The position numbers and the translations under genes are program-made. Positions 10,001 to 20,568 of a stretch of 54,978 bases of DNA are shown here, one piece after another; the stretch's first letter is position 1, and the number at the start of each line of letters is the position of its first letter. Location of the stretch: positions 1 to 54,978 of the IMG/VR virus record IMGVR_UViG_3300023242_000561, one strand, 5' to 3'. The notes below the pieces were generated by a model. It was not told the DNA's origin. It saw only the letters and a program-made list of their open reading frames with translations, and ran no database searches. This DNA is from a virus. Its lineage: Duplodnaviria; Caudoviricetes.

Positions 10001-13000
10001 TAATACATTAGTACCACTTTTCTGGAATAGTTCTTCAAATACTACAGTAGAATCACTAACGGCCTTTAATCTACCGTTATGTTCATACATATATCTGTGA
10101 TATAAGAATAACTTATCCACATCAAAGTCAGAACCCATTTGAGCAACTAAATCTCTAGATGCAATTACCATATTAGAATTAGGTAAGAAACCTGCTATCT
10201 CCACATAAGTCATAGATGAATGTGCAGAAGTCGGAACCCTAAAACCAAAAGCTTCTAATACTGACTGATCTATTCTCGATAAGTCTAACATCATCCTACC
10301 ATCTTTCATGACGGTATATTCAGACATGTCTATCTTAGTAGACTCTCCTGTATCTATGTTAGGCATAGAGAAGTCTTTAGGTACAAGCACCTGACCAGGA
10401 GCTACTTTATATTCACCATTTCTTGCTTTCTCAGCACTAAACTGATCAGCAGGTATCTCACTACCATCATTGTTAACAAAACGCATAGGTTTTAAACCTG
10501 TAGTTCTGTCAAACTTGTCTGTAAATATTATACGAGACTTACCTGAAGATTTTTCGTTATTACCGATAAAACCTTGTTCAGAAACTAATATAAGTTGTGA
10601 ACCAAATGTTTCCTGCTTGATAACATTATTACGTATCATACCTACTATAACTGATTCATATATATCAGCTCTAGGGTGTAATGCTAAATCTACTTCAAAT
10701 ACTTCACCATTAATATCATCATCAATAACATTTAACGCTTCTTCTTCTGCTGAAGTTAATCTACCATCTCTAGCTTGTTTAAGTAATTGTTTACGAAGTT
10801 TACGTACATCAATAGATTCTGAATTAGGAACCATTATGTCATTCTTAAATCTATCTAAACCTTGTAAACTAAACTCAAGAATACCTTTCATAAAGTCTTC
10901 TTTCATCTTATTTACTTCAGGAGTATTAGGCATACCTTGAAAGATTTGTACTTTCTCCTGAGCAGCTATCTTAGTTTTCTGAGTCTTTTTGCTAGGGTTA
11001 TCTTGTTGTATTCCTAAGTATTTTCTAGGAAGTACATAAGCATCTCCAAACTCTCCATCAACGAACTTTCCATCAGACCAACCTTCAAATACTTTAACGG
11101 CTGAAGATTTAATTGCTGTTTTATATGCAGCTCTTACTGATCTAACTCTACCTAATTTTTTAAACGATTCAGCTTCTCGTTTCTCCATCTTAATACGTAA
11201 CTTATCAATTTCAAAGTCAGCAGTAAGTTCAGGATTAAGCATATAACTTGAAGACTTAATATATTCTTTAACTTCAAATCCTTGATCTGTTATACTAAAT
11301 CCTGAGTAAACAGGTTTAATAGGAGATGATTTTTCTAAGAACAACTCTAAATAGTTTTCATTTTCAGTACCTTCAGCTCTAAGAACTGAAAACAGTTCAT
11401 CCATATAATAGTGATCACCTCTAGTTATAGCATCTGTATATACTCTATCTATAGCTTCCCACATTCTAGTAGGAATTTGACCATCATAGTAAAGAGTTCT
11501 GAAGTGTTCTCTAACAGTAGTCATTTCCTGAGCATCAGCAGATTCAATATTTCTATATTGATCAGCTTCTTCTTTAGATAATAGTGCATCATATTGATAC
11601 TGTATCTGAGAAGGTCTAGGATCATCATTAAGTGCTAGTAACTCGAAATCATAATCATTATCTGGAACAACATTACTTTTAGAAGGAGTACTTAACGATG
11701 TTAATCTTTTGAAGAAGTTATCAGCACTTTTATCTATAGATGAAACACTGTCACCACCTTTAGAATAAGAAGCAGGATCACCTAAGAATGTAGATTGCAT
11801 ATTTATTTGAAACAAAATATCGTTAACCACATACTGTGCAACAAACTCATTAAAATTAGTTTTCTCAGAAACACCTTTAGCTAAGTTAGCTTTAGTTATT
11901 CCTAATTCCTTAAACTGTTTAATCTTATCATTTATAAGATTATTAACCTCTTCTTGTATCTTGTCAGCAATTAAATTTCTTACTGTCTTACCGTCTTCAG
12001 ATACTTGTTCATCTAATGATTTTAAAGTAAGATCGTCATTCCATATTTCATCAGTATTACCACCATATTTACTATGATTAAGTCCTGTGAACTTATAGAA
12101 TTTATTAGCTTTCTTATATTGATCAGGTATTAGGTTTTTATCTTTAGCATTTTGAATACCTAATATTCTATTTATTTCTCCCATAGCAGCTTCAAACATA
12201 AGTCTTCTACCTCCTGCTGATAAACTAACTTGAGTATTATCAGGATTGTCAGCATAAATTACATTTAGTCCTACATCATAAGTAGGTGCAGTAACTACTA
12301 AAGCTCTAATTTTACCTACAATAGGAAATAAGAATCTAGCTACTCTACCATTAGCTTTCTGTTTAGAGAACAACATTAACTTTGTCTTCTCTATAGATTT
12401 TTTATCTTGTTGTCCAACACCTAATCCATACTTACCTGTTTCATCAAACTTAGATGAATCAAAAGGTACTATTTCAAAGTTATCTCTCATGATAGCTTGA
12501 TCTATAGCCCTAACTCTAATACCTTTTTCATCTAAATACTCTTTAGAAGCTAACTTCAATAACCAGTTTTGATAAACAGGACTAACCCCTTCCTCATAGA
12601 AGTAACCTGAAAATAAACTCTTTCTAAGTTTATCCTCAATACCTACTTCATTCATAAGGTCTTTCATCATTCTTGAATAGAACTTATGATGCTCAATAGT
12701 ATGTTGAAGACTACCTCTACCATTACGTACACTAAGGGTATAGTAGTTATTACTATTCTCAGATTCCATAAAAGCGATTTTCTCTACTATACTAGAGTCT
12801 AGAAATTCAGGATTATTATTCTGTAGCTTATCATAAACTTCTTTTAATCCAAACTGACTAGCAGTAAAAACTAACTTAGGATTAAGAATACTTTTTTTAC
12901 TTATAGTAATACCATTTTGAGATATTTGAAAAGCAGTACTGTCAGAAATATTAATTCCAATATAACCCAATAATGTTTTTATTTGTTGAGGAGTATATTC

Positions 13001-16000
13001 AGTTTGATTAGACATAGCGTTGAAAGAATCCATGAATTTTTTCTTCATGTTTTTATAATTCTCACTATTTACATCACCTACTATTAGTCCATCTTTAATT
13101 ATACCTGTACCATTAAGTAAGATGTTGCTATTCCAAATTTCAACAATTTGTCTTGTTAATCCAAATTGATCTGAACGTAATACTTGACTTCTAGCATTCT
13201 CAATAACTGAAATTAAATTAGACTTAGTTTTATTAAAAAAGTTAGCTAATTCTATCTGAAGTCTAGGTTTATCAGGAGTAGGGTATTGATCTATATGTTT
13301 TAGAAATGCTCTTAAATGAGTCTTCTTTTCAGAACTAGCTTTATCAGCTATCAGTCTTATTAACTCGTCATAGTTTTCTACTTTATCCGCAGTTAAATCC
13401 ATAAGGTCGTTAAGAAGAACATCAGCTTGAACAAAACTTCTTAAACCGAAAGCTCCTTTACCAGCAGGAACATAAAACAATAAATGTTTTAGTCTTGTAG
13501 ACATAGTAGCCCTTTGATCTATTGAACCATCTTGATCATAGTAGTTACTTACCGTATAACCATCTAGTTCATTTATATCAAATTCTTCTGATTCAGTTTC
13601 ATCAAAATCCTGATCTCTTCTACTTATTAGTTGTTGTGCTTCTAATTGTCTTTTAATAAGAATACTAACGTCAAAACTGTTAAGTAATATTTTACTTAAT
13701 ACTTCTTCTTGATATGAACCTAAAGGTAATGTTTTTCTCAATTGTGTTAACTTTCTAAAATAGGTATTTAACAATGAAGTTAAATCATTGTCACCTCTAG
13801 TAGCTCTATTTACAATAAAGAAAATACCTTGATTTACAACATCTTGTAGAGAACGATTATCTATAAAATCTAAAAGACCAGCAGCTTTAATGAGACTAGC
13901 TCTTTCTTCATAAGGGTCTTCTATAGTATTAAAAGTAGAATCATCATCTTCTAAATCTTCACCTAATAAATCATCAAAACTTTCATCAGAAGCATTACCT
14001 TCTAAACCAAACATTTTGTTTAGTAAATCACCTGTAGGGTCTTTGGATGTTGTTTGTTCATTATATAGTTCAATACTGAGTTCATTAATTCTTTCAGCTT
14101 TATTTGAAGCAATACTCTGTTCTCTTGAAGTTAATGTTTGACCTTTTATATTTTTATTAATAATAGATAATAAAAAGGAATCATCTATTTCACCAGAATC
14201 AACATATTTATTATATACTTCATCGGAGATATCTTGATTTTCACCTTCAACACTGTTAGGTACAGGTACAGCTCTAGCTACATTAGTCATAGAAGCAGGA
14301 GGTACAGCACCTTCAAAGTTTAATAATAATCTTTCTGCTCTAGTGTAATGAAAGAAGTTACCACTAGGACTTCTTTGTTCTATTACATTAGTCTTAGTAT
14401 TATTAAGTACAAATGATTTATAACTATCAATTGGCCTACCGTCAGCACCTAAGTCTTTAGATACTTCATAAGTACCATCTTCATTTTTACTTATGATTAC
14501 CGTATTACCATAACCTTCAAAGTTTTCTTTAACTATGTTGATATTGGTTTTTTGTAACAGACTATTTAAAAAACCCTTTCTAGAGTTGAAATCTCCTATA
14601 TTTCTCAACTGAATAATCTGATTACCAGCAGGACTTTTATAACCTATGTTAATTACAGGTCTACCTTCTTCTTGAGTTAGTGAAAAGAACACATCTCTAT
14701 TAGATACTTTAGCTAGTGCTGCAAATTCTGATTCATTTTGAAATTTATCAACATGAACAAAATACTTTAAGAACTTTTCAAACTTTTCTATTTGTGAAGT
14801 AAGATTAGATACTTCAGAAACAGCATCTAAATCCGCAGCAGCGTTGAGAATATTGTTGATACTATTCTTGTCTTCAGGGGAGGTATTAGGATCACCTAAC
14901 TTAAAGAACATTTCCATACCATTACTAACAGTATTTGCATATTCCGCTTTCAAAGTCATTGTCTCTATGGGTACAGGTCTAATACCAGCAGGAGTAGGTA
15001 ATAAAACTACAGTACTTCCTACAGCAATACTATCTACCTTAGCGATAGTTTCAATAACCTCACCTCTATTATTCTTAAAACCTTGATGTGTCTTTACAGC
15101 AAACTCTATATTAGGATTGAGAAAAGCTATAGCACTAAGTACGTTACCTTCAGGTACATCAGGAAAGAATTTTCTATCTTCCTTTACCGCAATCCAACCT
15201 TTAGTAAAACCTAATACTGGAACAATAAGCCTGTCATTGTTATTAGGCATTAAGCTCATAAGTGAAGCAAACTGTTCTCTTATTTCTTTACCGTAATGTT
15301 CTTCTATGTTTTTTAATAAAGTTCCGTTCTTAACAGTACCTATCTTTCGTCTATCTCTAGTCCAGACAATTATCTGAATACTACCATCACTTTTCGTTTC
15401 TCTTTGAAGTTCAACGGTATCACCATACTTTAATGCGAATACTGTTTCAGCTAGAGAAGGATCATTGAGAGTTCCATCTTTTGCAGTATTTAAAGAAGAT
15501 ACAGGTATTATACTATTTACAGCATACGATCTTCTACCTTCACTACCTACTTCAGATTCTTCTGAAATATTTTCTTTATTATTAATAGGTTTACTATTAC
15601 CATCAGTACCTTTAGGTATAGTATTACCTGTTATTGTAACTTCAAGTTTTATATCTTGAGTTTTACTAGGTGGAGTAGGTTTGTCAGTTTTCCTTCTAGT
15701 TTTCCTTCTAGTTTTCCTTTTAGGTTTACTAGGTGGAGTAGGTTTGTCAGTTTTCCTTTTAGGTTTACTAGGTGGAGTAGGTTTGTCAGTTTTCTCTTTA
15801 GGTGATGAAGTGAGTGTTAGAAGTCTGTCAAAATCTTCCTCAGTAGCTAATTGTTTACCTTCGCTTCTAAGTTGTTCTACCGCTTTTATAAATTCTTCAT
15901 CTGCTTCATTATTAACAATACCCTGCTCTTTAGCCATTAACACAGCCTCAGCATTTCTTTCAGCCGTCTTAGCGAATGCTTCAAGTGTGTTAATAGTATC

Positions 16001-18337
16001 TTCATCAGCGTTCTTAATATTCTGACTGATAATCGCAAATATGTTTTTAATTTCTTTTTCTTCTTCTCTAATGTTTTTGTCTAACTGTTCTTGACGATTG
16101 ATAGCATCTTCATCACCTTCAACATCATTAGGAAAAAAATTATCAAAATCTTCATCAGATTCTTCTGAAGCGTTAGGAGAACCAATAGGAGAAGCTTCAT
16201 CAGGTTTTACTATTTTTGTATTAGTTATAACACCTACTTTCTTATTCTTCTGTGCTGCTTTCTGTGCTTCCTCTTCTTGCTTTACCTTCTCAACTTTATT
16301 AAGAACTTTATCAATGTCTTTTATTATTGCTTCTTTATATACCTCATGTATATTAGAATTACGAACTTTATTCTTTACACTTTTAGCAGCCTTCTCTACA
16401 CTTTCCGTATCTTTGTCTTTACGAATAGTATCAAAATCACCTATAATATCAGCAAAAGTTTGTTGAGTTTCCTTACTTTTAAGATTGTCAATTACTTCTT
16501 GATGTTGTTGTATTGACTTATTAACTGAAGCTCTTTTATTCTTGATTTGTCTTCTTTTAGCATATTGTTCAGAAGATATAACTCCTATTAGATAGGCTTC
16601 TACGGTTTGTCTAGTACCTGCATTTTCAGTACGTTCTAATCTAGCACTAAGTCCTTCAATGTAAGCATCTAGATTTCCTGAATCTTCAAGAACTCTATCA
16701 ATGTCTGATAGATTAATATCTTTTAATATCTCAAATGCAGTACTCTCTTCTTTAATTCCTGAAAGGTCTAAAACATTACTCTTTATATCAGTTAATGTTT
16801 CACTAAGCTCTTTATTTAAATCATTCTTATGTTCATTTAAAGATTCAATTACAGCAGTAAATCTAGTTATATCAGAAGCTACTGCTCCGTATTTAAGATT
16901 GTCTTCATATTGTCTAGCATAATTAGAAAGTTTCTGACTAGCCTTTGCAGCTTTTAGTCTAGAAGCTTGAGGTAACTTCTCATCAGCAGCTACTTTATCA
17001 TAAGCTTCTTGTAAGAAAGGTAGAGTACCATCATCAAAAGAATTAATTGCTTGAGAAGCTAATAGCCTATTCTCATACAAAGCTATCTTATTTTTATCAC
17101 CTGATTGTGTAGCTTTCTCTAAGTTTTCTATATCAGCTACATGATCAAATAAAGCTTCTGAAAATTCTTTAGGACTAATAGCATTACTATCATAAATAGA
17201 CTCTATGGCAGTTTGTATTTTATTGTATTCTTCGTTTCTCTTTTTACCACCTATAACATATCTAAGACCTTTACTTATTCCTGTTTGTAAACCACCACCT
17301 AAAGCACCTGATACACCTACAGCAAGACCTTCTTTAGTAAATATAGAACCTATAGCACTACCTCCTAAACTATTTTCTTGTTGACCTATTTTACTTTTAC
17401 CTAAAGCTATTCCATAAGAAGACGAATATAAATTAACTTCTTCTTCAAAAAACTCTTGCCCCATTTCAAAAGGAACAGATAAAGCACCCTGACGTACTAG
17501 ATTCTTTCTAGCTTGTACGGTAGCTACTTTAGCAGCTACACCTAATGTAGTTAGTCTTTTAACTTCTCTAGCGTAAGCACTACGTAATCCAGAACTACCC
17601 GTCTTAAGTAATGCACCAGCTGAAGTCAAGTTAAGTAATATATTAGCACGGTTTTTAGCAATTACTCCTGATGCTGCTTCAGCAGCATAAGCTCTAGCAG
17701 TATCCTTATCTAATCCTTCTTCTGCATATAAGTCCATCATTTGATCATAAACTTGAGATGCTTCAGAAGCTCCTTCTGCTTGATTAAGCGTAATAGCATT
17801 TAATCCAACACCTAATATAGTAGCCATAATACCTGATATACCTGAGGAAGCTATAGCTGTACCAATAATAAAACCACTTACCGCACCAGCACCTACGAAA
17901 CCTATAGCTGATTCACCTATATTAGCTACAGTTTTAGACCAGAACTTAGGATCAGCAGGATCCCATACTTCATTAGGATTCTTATTATATATAGGATAAT
18001 CTTCTCTAATATCTTGTTTTATTTCTTGAGCTTTCCTAGCTATAGGATTACCTACTTCATCATCTTGATTAATATAGTCCTCAAAGTCAGCCATGTTTGA
18101 GAGATATTCAACAACAGATATAGCCCCATTGATACTCATCTGAGCACCTACGTTCATAGTAGTATCCCAAAAACCTTGATTACGAGATTGGTGACTATAT
18201 ATATCACCTTCACTAGGAAGCCAATTCCCAGCATATCTAGCATCTATGTTTTCACCTATATACGCACTACCACTCTTAAACAGTGGGTTTACTGCATGTT
18301 GAGAAGCTCTAACTTCACTTAGAGGTTTTTTAATCAT
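7088..18337 (-). CDS. Giant single-chain virion RNA polymerase (crAss/phi14:2 gp66-like) with hydrophobic N-terminal region and C-terminal zincin-like domain
   Basis: Catalytic GSDFDVDKL (DFDVD at 10115-10129) preceded by FRVPT; FFKRL and NAAVDN motifs; EEIIH...EFVA zincin-like region; synteny. Confidence 0.9.
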   Translation of the reverse strand: MIKKPLSEVRASQHAVNPLFKSGSAYIGENIDARYAGNWLPSEGDIYSHQSRNQGFWDTTMNVGAQMSINGAISVVEYLSNMADFEDYINQDDEVGNPIARKAQEIKQDIREDYPIYNKNPNEVWDPADPKFWSKTVANIGESAIGFVGAGAVSGFIIGTAIASSGISGIMATILGVGLNAITLNQAEGASEASQVYDQMMDLYAEEGLDKDTARAYAAEAASGVIAKNRANILLNLTSAGALLKTGSSGLRSAYAREVKRLTTLGVAAKVATVQARKNLVRQGALSVPFEMGQEFFEEEVNLYSSSYGIALGKSKIGQQENSLGGSAIGSIFTKEGLAVGVSGALGGGLQTGISKGLRYVIGGKKRNEEYNKIQTAIESIYDSNAISPKEFSEALFDHVADIENLEKATQSGDKNKIALYENRLLASQAINSFDDGTLPFLQEAYDKVAADEKLPQASRLKAAKASQKLSNYARQYEDNLKYGAVASDITRFTAVIESLNEHKNDLNKELSETLTDIKSNVLDLSGIKEESTAFEILKDINLSDIDRVLEDSGNLDAYIEGLSARLERTENAGTRQTVEAYLIGVISSEQYAKRRQIKNKRASVNKSIQQHQEVIDNLKSKETQQTFADIIGDFDTIRKDKDTESVEKAAKSVKNKVRNSNIHEVYKEAIIKDIDKVLNKVEKVKQEEEAQKAAQKNKKVGVITNTKIVKPDEASPIGSPNASEESDEDFDNFFPNDVEGDEDAINRQEQLDKNIREEEKEIKNIFAIISQNIKNADEDTINTLEAFAKTAERNAEAVLMAKEQGIVNNEADEEFIKAVEQLRSEGKQLATEEDFDRLLTLTSSPKEKTDKPTPPSKPKRKTDKPTPPSKPKRKTRRKTRRKTDKPTPPSKTQDIKLEVTITGNTIPKGTDGNSKPINNKENISEESEVGSEGRRSYAVNSIIPVSSLNTAKDGTLNDPSLAETVFALKYGDTVELQRETKSDGSIQIIVWTRDRRKIGTVKNGTLLKNIEEHYGKEIREQFASLMSLMPNNNDRLIVPVLGFTKGWIAVKEDRKFFPDVPEGNVLSAIAFLNPNIEFAVKTHQGFKNNRGEVIETIAKVDSIAVGSTVVLLPTPAGIRPVPIETMTLKAEYANTVSNGMEMFFKLGDPNTSPEDKNSINNILNAAADLDAVSEVSNLTSQIEKFEKFLKYFVHVDKFQNESEFAALAKVSNRDVFFSLTQEEGRPVINIGYKSPAGNQIIQLRNIGDFNSRKGFLNSLLQKTNINIVKENFEGYGNTVIISKNEDGTYEVSKDLGADGRPIDSYKSFVLNNTKTNVIEQRSPSGNFFHYTRAERLLLNFEGAVPPASMTNVARAVPVPNSVEGENQDISDEVYNKYVDSGEIDDSFLLSIINKNIKGQTLTSREQSIASNKAERINELSIELYNEQTTSKDPTGDLLNKMFGLEGNASDESFDDLLGEDLEDDDSTFNTIEDPYEERASLIKAAGLLDFIDNRSLQDVVNQGIFFIVNRATRGDNDLTSLLNTYFRKLTQLRKTLPLGSYQEEVLSKILLNSFDVSILIKRQLEAQQLISRRDQDFDETESEEFDINELDGYTVSNYYDQDGSIDQRATMSTRLKHLLFYVPAGKGAFGLRSFVQADVLLNDLMDLTADKVENYDELIRLIADKASSEKKTHLRAFLKHIDQYPTPDKPRLQIELANFFNKTKSNLISVIENARSQVLRSDQFGLTRQIVEIWNSNILLNGTGIIKDGLIVGDVNSENYKNMKKKFMDSFNAMSNQTEYTPQQIKTLLGYIGINISDSTAFQISQNGITISKKSILNPKLVFTASQFGLKEVYDKLQNNNPEFLDSSIVEKIAFMESENSNNYYTLSVRNGRGSLQHTIEHHKFYSRMMKDLMNEVGIEDKLRKSLFSGYFYEEGVSPVYQNWLLKLASKEYLDEKGIRVRAIDQAIMRDNFEIVPFDSSKFDETGKYGLGVGQQDKKSIEKTKLMLFSKQKANGRVARFLFPIVGKIRALVVTAPTYDVGLNVIYADNPDNTQVSLSAGGRRLMFEAAMGEINRILGIQNAKDKNLIPDQYKKANKFYKFTGLNHSKYGGNTDEIWNDDLTLKSLDEQVSEDGKTVRNLIADKIQEEVNNLINDKIKQFKELGITKANLAKGVSEKTNFNEFVAQYVVNDILFQINMQSTFLGDPASYSKGGDSVSSIDKSADNFFKRLTSLSTPSKSNVVPDNDYDFELLALNDDPRPSQIQYQYDALLSKEEADQYRNIESADAQEMTTVREHFRTLYYDGQIPTRMWEAIDRVYTDAITRGDHYYMDELFSVLRAEGTENENYLELFLEKSSPIKPVYSGFSITDQGFEVKEYIKSSSYMLNPELTADFEIDKLRIKMEKREAESFKKLGRVRSVRAAYKTAIKSSAVKVFEGWSDGKFVDGEFGDAYVLPRKYLGIQQDNPSKKTQKTKIAAQEKVQIFQGMPNTPEVNKMKEDFMKGILEFSLQGLDRFKNDIMVPNSESIDVRKLRKQLLKQARDGRLTSAEEEALNVIDDDINGEVFEVDLALHPRADIYESVIVGMIRNNVIKQETFGSQLILVSEQGFIGNNEKSSGKSRIIFTDKFDRTTGLKPMRFVNNDGSEIPADQFSAEKARNGEYKVAPGQVLVPKDFSMPNIDTGESTKIDMSEYTVMKDGRMMLDLSRIDQSVLEAFGFRVPTSAHSSMTYVEIAGFLPNSNMVIASRDLVAQMGSDFDVDKLFLYHRYMYEHNGRLKAVSDSTVVFEELFQKSGTNVLGETQQDKGNNLYKDYQNMLSRNKMLDIRRNLMLSKEGFLESIRPTSTRELPKYRDEILKRRREGQRDSWLINPDILFDRFLDGSDASQAIGVYAVNLTFSALLEDSNIKLTRNNFSLGNVKAKSLASRRSSKKEVPKKSVLIALLNAAVDNENDPLLGALNLSYDNSGEASLLAHMGFYLDDIKNFFNQPVVLAYNRNLKELQLQNSSLDSSKIKSLALAKTIKDRNIGNLRNSEGKFVFNPIDDKSFNNLEASDSEIMKRLSYLIEVSEELRKVQSVLQTYSDTSGIGTDLFAAVAKAEAMENVKDTKHLQNLQDLFNGEQPNIQGSVARVTLEEGVGMFKSIYPYRSTLFVTVKTMLKKYLQDLPNKGSAEKQMWNAFRAYIYGSNDNPIFEGEDVDSLRSRLFNKSGLFKDVSAALEKYPDNLFLNMLSRSNLKNGGSVMIYPNDKSNLVDSDRISISFVALYTNPDTKELAKDLIKAYVLNPLSYTKSYARFIPPQLFRELGMYEYLRGINFNTSIDSESDFVKNFVGLFAFHNSQYLPNFEDEVTKSLDSRSKFVKRELENGVVKIGFLDDKGNYTFYNPRNDKFYSTYSSTALPTEMRSQLELTKGLLMPEPTYNLDLNKDASVSALLSKIEMGSKNEGFKELARFIKGYINTNKTKVEFTNQYSSNYNSKEGKIYINVNQLNNEDSFDKKVLEEIIHSITVEALNNPTTKEARELVNKIDSLMNKIKDHINNDKTGGPTSKRAYEKYLMEYEQAKQARKKGDTRPIRIENSRYFHALDNRAEFVAHMFTNENFRSFTKTISLQGNTFLGSFFQDVLDFLASIAKKLGVDLSQNTALAKGFRLAVEALQEGRVLENTYTEAQEVKALNDINTLNAHDFVETFKSISYMHNDVKKNLRLTSVKNDNVFIAFDSQTEQEIEISFEDRKNIVGITYRSLEGDVNYNIEDTQSDDLLLQGKFNEKICN
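15662..15794 (-). repeat. In-frame tandem repeats in a vRNAP linker (KTDKPTPPSK x3, KTRR x2)
   Basis: TTTACTAGGTGGAGTAGGTTTGTCAGTTTT occurs 3 times; 39-bp and 12-bp units. Confidence 0.95.
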
Positions 18338-18357
18338 GTTACTATGTATTTAAACTA

Positions 18358-20562
18358 TTACTGAGGTAAAGTTAACCCCATATAAACACTAACTTTATCA
18401 CCTTCACTACCTACTTCTTGAAGGCTTTTTCTTATTACGGTTTCTTTATTACGTTCTACACCTGTAAGATTAGGTAAAAGTTCTTTGAAATAAACTTTTT
18501 TATCTGACCCTATTTTAGGAGATACTTTAACTTTAGTTTCTGTAAGTGAGTTTGAACTTATATCAGCTAAAGGTACAGTTATTTCTAAATATATATCATC
18601 TTCATTCTCGTTTGTAGCATTAGAAATGAGTTCTTGATAAGATGTTGCAAAAGACCTAGTTAGTCTCGCAGAAGAATTATCTAAGATACCTTCAGGTCTT
18701 CCTATAAGATAATCTTTACCATTGAAATTAAATACTTCAGGATAGTAAGCGAAATCTTCTGCTATATTGGTATAGAAGTTTTGAGGAGATTGAGTTCTAG
18801 AATAACGGACATTGGTAAGATCGGCTGTCATTGATTTTCTTAACTTTTCTTTATCATCAGCATTCATAACTTCATCACTACCTGAGTTCATCTCATATAC
18901 ACTTCTACTAGTTAGATTAACTACAGTATTTTCTTCATGGTCATTCTTCTTAGCAGTAGGAACAATCTGTCCGTTATCTAATACATTAAGAACTAATATA
19001 TTACCTTTTCCATCTTTAGATACTGTACCATAATCAATAAACAAAGCTTTATTATCGTTACTATTACGTTTCATAATATCTTTACGATAATTAAGATGTT
19101 TTTTCATTGCTGAAACGAAATTAGCATCAGATTCTTCAGTAAAATCAGTAGTATGTTTAGTATAAGCTCTTCTTACAGACTTATCAGTAGTAATTGCTAA
19201 ATCCATAAACTGTTTAGTAGTAGGGTCTTCCATCATACTACTCATTGTTATCTCTTCACCACTACCGAATAGTAATCCTGTAATTACATTAAAAGCTCCT
19301 GCTACAACTTTATTAAAATCATCATCATACTCAGCTTCTTCAAATTCTTTAACACCCTCATCATACAACTTTGCAGGATTACGCTTATCTATAATCTTAG
19401 CAAGCTCTTGTACTTGTTTTTTTAATAGTATATCAGGTACTTTTTGTCCAGCAAGATCAGCTTCATATAAGTTTATTAAACTATTAGGAGTATCTGTACC
19501 ACTACCTGAACCAGTCATATACGGACTAAATGTAGAACTCTTATTTAGTTCTTCTGTTACTTTAAAAGCTGTTCTTTCTGAAGCAGCATTTATCAAAGGT
19601 GTTACTGCATAGTTCTTGTACAGTTCTTTCAAATATGTATCTTCAAGATTCTTCCTAACTCTAGGATTTTCAACTTGATCAATTTTAGACAACTCTTGTG
19701 CTATTATTTGAGCATCTTGATTACTTACGTTATATTCACTAACAAGTTGTTGGAAAGGACTATCCATACCTCTTTGAGAAGCATCAAACTTTAGTAGAGT
19801 AAGTTCACTATCAATAGCTTTACGTACATCAGGATTGTTTTCCATAAACGCACTATAAACTCTAGTAGCTTCTTCTCTACTAATATATTTAGTACTGGTG
19901 ATGTCTTGAGACTCTACTCCAATATATTGTTTAAATCCAGCAGCAATTTGTTCTTCAGTAACTCCAGGTATGCTCTTTAAACCTATAAATAAATTTTCAG
20001 TAGTTGTCTTACCGTTTACATTAAAACCTACTCCTAATTTATTAAGTTGATCTTGCCAATCTATAGTGAAAGGTACAAAATTACTAGTGTAACCTTTGAA
20101 GCTACCATCTGGAGCTTTACCACCAAGAGGTTCGTTAGATTGAGCTACCATATCGTTATAGCCAATGGCCTTACGTTTATCTTGCTCATTAACATTAGAT
20201 TCCATAATAGACTTAACTACCATGTTTCTATCATCAGTTTGCTTTTTAACTCCACCAATAAGAGTTCTAGGGTCATTATAATCTTTAGAAAACTTTCTAG
20301 CTTTATCTCTTACTTGTATATGACCATAAGGACTATTAGCTTCTTCATCAGTTATCTCATATTGATGCATGGCCTTTTGGTAGGCATCATTATCAAAATG
20401 TTCAATTTTACTTTTGAAGTTTTCAAACAAGTCAAAAACCTGATCAGTTTTAGCTTGTTCTTGAGAAAAAATAGCCAAAGGGTCTTTGTTACTAACAAGA
20501 CCTTGATTATCTGCATATGTAGTATTAGGTCTAAACTTAGAACTGGATTGCCTTATAGCCAT
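18358..20562 (-). CDS. Putative virion cargo/ejection protein
   Basis: 734 aa, helical-looking; lies between cargo protein 1 and the vRNAP as in crAss-like phages. Confidence 0.6.
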   Translation of the reverse strand: MAIRQSSSKFRPNTTYADNQGLVSNKDPLAIFSQEQAKTDQVFDLFENFKSKIEHFDNDAYQKAMHQYEITDEEANSPYGHIQVRDKARKFSKDYNDPRTLIGGVKKQTDDRNMVVKSIMESNVNEQDKRKAIGYNDMVAQSNEPLGGKAPDGSFKGYTSNFVPFTIDWQDQLNKLGVGFNVNGKTTTENLFIGLKSIPGVTEEQIAAGFKQYIGVESQDITSTKYISREEATRVYSAFMENNPDVRKAIDSELTLLKFDASQRGMDSPFQQLVSEYNVSNQDAQIIAQELSKIDQVENPRVRKNLEDTYLKELYKNYAVTPLINAASERTAFKVTEELNKSSTFSPYMTGSGSGTDTPNSLINLYEADLAGQKVPDILLKKQVQELAKIIDKRNPAKLYDEGVKEFEEAEYDDDFNKVVAGAFNVITGLLFGSGEEITMSSMMEDPTTKQFMDLAITTDKSVRRAYTKHTTDFTEESDANFVSAMKKHLNYRKDIMKRNSNDNKALFIDYGTVSKDGKGNILVLNVLDNGQIVPTAKKNDHEENTVVNLTSRSVYEMNSGSDEVMNADDKEKLRKSMTADLTNVRYSRTQSPQNFYTNIAEDFAYYPEVFNFNGKDYLIGRPEGILDNSSARLTRSFATSYQELISNATNENEDDIYLEITVPLADISSNSLTETKVKVSPKIGSDKKVYFKELLPNLTGVERNKETVIRKSLQEVGSEGDKVSVYMGLTLPQ

Positions 20563-20568
20563 ATATTT

